Shown: positions 62,275-64,000 of the stretch, one piece after another
How positions within the stretch are numbered: the first letter of the stretch is position 1
Layout: each line of letters opens with the position of its first letter
Assembly (NCBI GenBank): GCA_028712705.1
Contig: JAQTPP010000001.1
Span: forward strand, 17,521 to 81,520
Length of the DNA: 64,000 nt
Reading direction: 5' to 3'
DNA from: Candidatus Daviesbacteria bacterium
GTDB taxonomy: Bacteria; Patescibacteriota; Microgenomatia; Daviesbacterales; UBA10151
Program-made: the position numbers and the translations under genes
The notes under the pieces: model-generated
The model's database searches: none
Told to the model about the DNA's origin: nothing
The model's input: only the letters and a program-made list of their open reading frames with translations

Positions 62275-62603
62275 CTAGAACTTTTTTCTACAGCCATTTA
62301 ATTGAGATAGAATCTTTGATTGTCGAACTAGATCAGTTGGATTTATCCCAAGAACAAAAAGCTCATTTGATAGGTTTGATAGACTCCAGTTTGCATCATA
62401 CGATTTTAGATGCTGTCTTCTCTGAACTTTCGCCACAAGATAAAAAGATTTTTATAAATCATCTCAAAGAAGACGACCATATTAAAATCTGGAAGTTTTT
62501 AAATGAAAAAGTTGATAGCGTTGAAGAGAAAATTAAAAAAACAGCGGACGATCTTAAAAACGAACTTCACAAAGATTTAAAAGAAGCCAAGAAGCATAAA
62601 TGA
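62271..62603 (+). CDS. Hypothetical helical protein
   Basis: 110-aa ORF with ATGA overlaps on both sides. Confidence 0.75.
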   Translation: MTRTFFYSHLIEIESLIVELDQLDLSQEQKAHLIGLIDSSLHHTILDAVFSELSPQDKKIFINHLKEDDHIKIWKFLNEKVDSVEEKIKKTADDLKNELHKDLKEAKKHK

Positions 62604-63487
62604 AAAATTTAATGCGGTTTAAATTATTATATTTTATTTTTTCATTACTTCTAATTTTGCCGGGGTTATATTTTTTAATTACTTCCGGACTCAGATTAGG
62701 AATAGATTTTACAGGAGGAGCTTTGCTTGAATATCAATTTGAAAAAAGTATAGACCCAAATGATTTGAAACAACAGATCTCTTCCCAAGGCATTGAGGTC
62801 GGTCAAATTAATTCATCTTCAAATAATATTTATATAATTCGTACAAAGTCGGTAGATCAAAGCAAAATAAACCAACTTAAATTATCTTTGGGTGAAAAAT
62901 TTGGTCAGGTAGAAGAACGCAGAGTAGAGTTTGTGGGGCCGGTTGTCGGAGCTGAACTTAGTCAAAAAGCATTCATTGCAGTGGCGCTAGCATCTTTGGT
63001 AATTGTTTTATACATAGCTTTTTCTTTTAGAAAAATACCCAGACCGCAATCTTCGTGGAGATTTGGCATTACTGCAGTTGTGGCACTGATCCACGATATA
63101 TTGATAGTTGTGGGACTTTTTGCAATGCTAGGAAAATTTCTTGGGGTGGAAATTGATACTCTTTCCGTGACAGCACTTCTCACGGTCATTGGTTTTTCCG
63201 TACACGATACTATTGTTGTTTTTGACAGGATAAGAGAAAATTTGACTAAACATATCGGCAAAAAATTCATCGATATTGCTAATTTGTCAGTTATTCAGAC
63301 TTTAGACAGGTCTTTAAACACCTCTTTGACAGTAGTCTTTGTATTGTTGGCAATGCTTTTATTTGGCGGAGAAACCCTAAGATGGTTTGTGTTAACACTA
63401 TTGGTTGGCATCGTTTCCGGTACTTATTCTTCAATCTTTAATGCCACAGCAATGCTTGTTTGGTGGGAAGAAAAATTAGGTCATTAA
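62600..63487 (+). CDS. secF: Protein translocase SecF
   Basis: LGIDFTGG, HD, GFSVHDTIVVFDRIRE, GTYSSIF. Confidence 0.97.
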   Translation: MKNLMRFKLLYFIFSLLLILPGLYFLITSGLRLGIDFTGGALLEYQFEKSIDPNDLKQQISSQGIEVGQINSSSNNIYIIRTKSVDQSKINQLKLSLGEKFGQVEERRVEFVGPVVGAELSQKAFIAVALASLVIVLYIAFSFRKIPRPQSSWRFGITAVVALIHDILIVVGLFAMLGKFLGVEIDTLSVTALLTVIGFSVHDTIVVFDRIRENLTKHIGKKFIDIANLSVIQTLDRSLNTSLTVVFVLLAMLLFGGETLRWFVLTLLVGIVSGTYSSIFNATAMLVWWEEKLGH

Positions 63488-63488
63488 G

Positions 63489-64000
63489 TTACTTAAGCGA
63501 CTTAAGTTTTTTAAGTAAATAGTCTCGTTTATTTTTACTTGAATTCTCCAGCACTTCTTCAAAAAGTTTTTGTAAGATTTCACCAACTTTTGGGCCGGGT
63601 TTTAAATTAAGTTCTTTCATTACATCATTACCATTAACTTTCAGATCAGTTATAGAAAATGGTTTTTTGAGAACTTCTTTTATTCTTTTTTGAAATTCCT
63701 CCATTCTCCAGGAAACAGCTTTTTGGGTCCCGCCTCCCAAGCGATCTCCAATCCGTAACGCTATCATATCCTCAATGTTTTCTATTCCGACATTTTTAAT
63801 AAATCTTCTTATTGCAGAATCTGTCTGTTGTTCGTCTACTGTAAATAAATGCCACCTGATTAGCCGGTATAATTTATCAGTTTGTTTATTTGACAAATTA
63901 AATCTTTTGGCAATTTCCAAAACTAACTTGCCGCCAACAACATCGTGATTGTAAAAAGTAACATTTCCATCAGGTTCTATTTTAACTGTTTTAGTTTTCC
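63489..64000 (-). CDS. CCA-adding enzyme / HD-domain tRNA nucleotidyltransferase (3' part)
   Basis: TFYNHDVVG upstream in frame, LIRWH, SAIRRF, L.VNG.D.M...PGP.VG.IL. Confidence 0.85.
   Translation of the reverse strand, partial: KTKTVKIEPDGNVTFYNHDVVGGKLVLEIAKRFNLSNKQTDKLYRLIRWHLFTVDEQQTDSAIRRFIKNVGIENIEDMIALRIGDRLGGGTQKAVSWRMEEFQKRIKEVLKKPFSITDLKVNGNDVMKELNLKPGPKVGEILQKLFEEVLENSSKNKRDYLLKKLKSLK

Overview
Core-genome window of an AT-rich bacterium using genetic code 11. It is most likely Patescibacteria/CPR (Microgenomates-like), inferred from the absent rpmD/L30, short AlaS, compact RNase P RNA and DUF5679. It holds ftsK, alaS, rpoBC, the str/S10/spc/alpha ribosomal superoperon (18.9-41.0 kb), metK with a SAM riboswitch, tRNA-Pro, recA-recX-rny-hup, a GT-C mannosyltransferase cluster, miaA, rnpB, comM, secD/secF and a CCA enzyme. 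No integrase, transposase or CRISPR array was seen. The unusual signal is mostly non-coding. (1) A duplicated, covarying 69-nt two-state leader precedes rplP and rpsH, with its Shine-Dalgarno separated from the AUG by a hairpin. (2) A three-copy covarying 83-105 nt stem-loop family sits directly after stop codons. (3) The same 25-nt GUUUACA hairpin occurs in both the SAM riboswitch and RNase P RNA. (4) REP/RPE-like palindromes and heptamer repeats are read in frame inside essential proteins. (5) A stand-alone GreA N-terminal coiled coil lies inside the str operon. All calls are by eye; no database searches were run.
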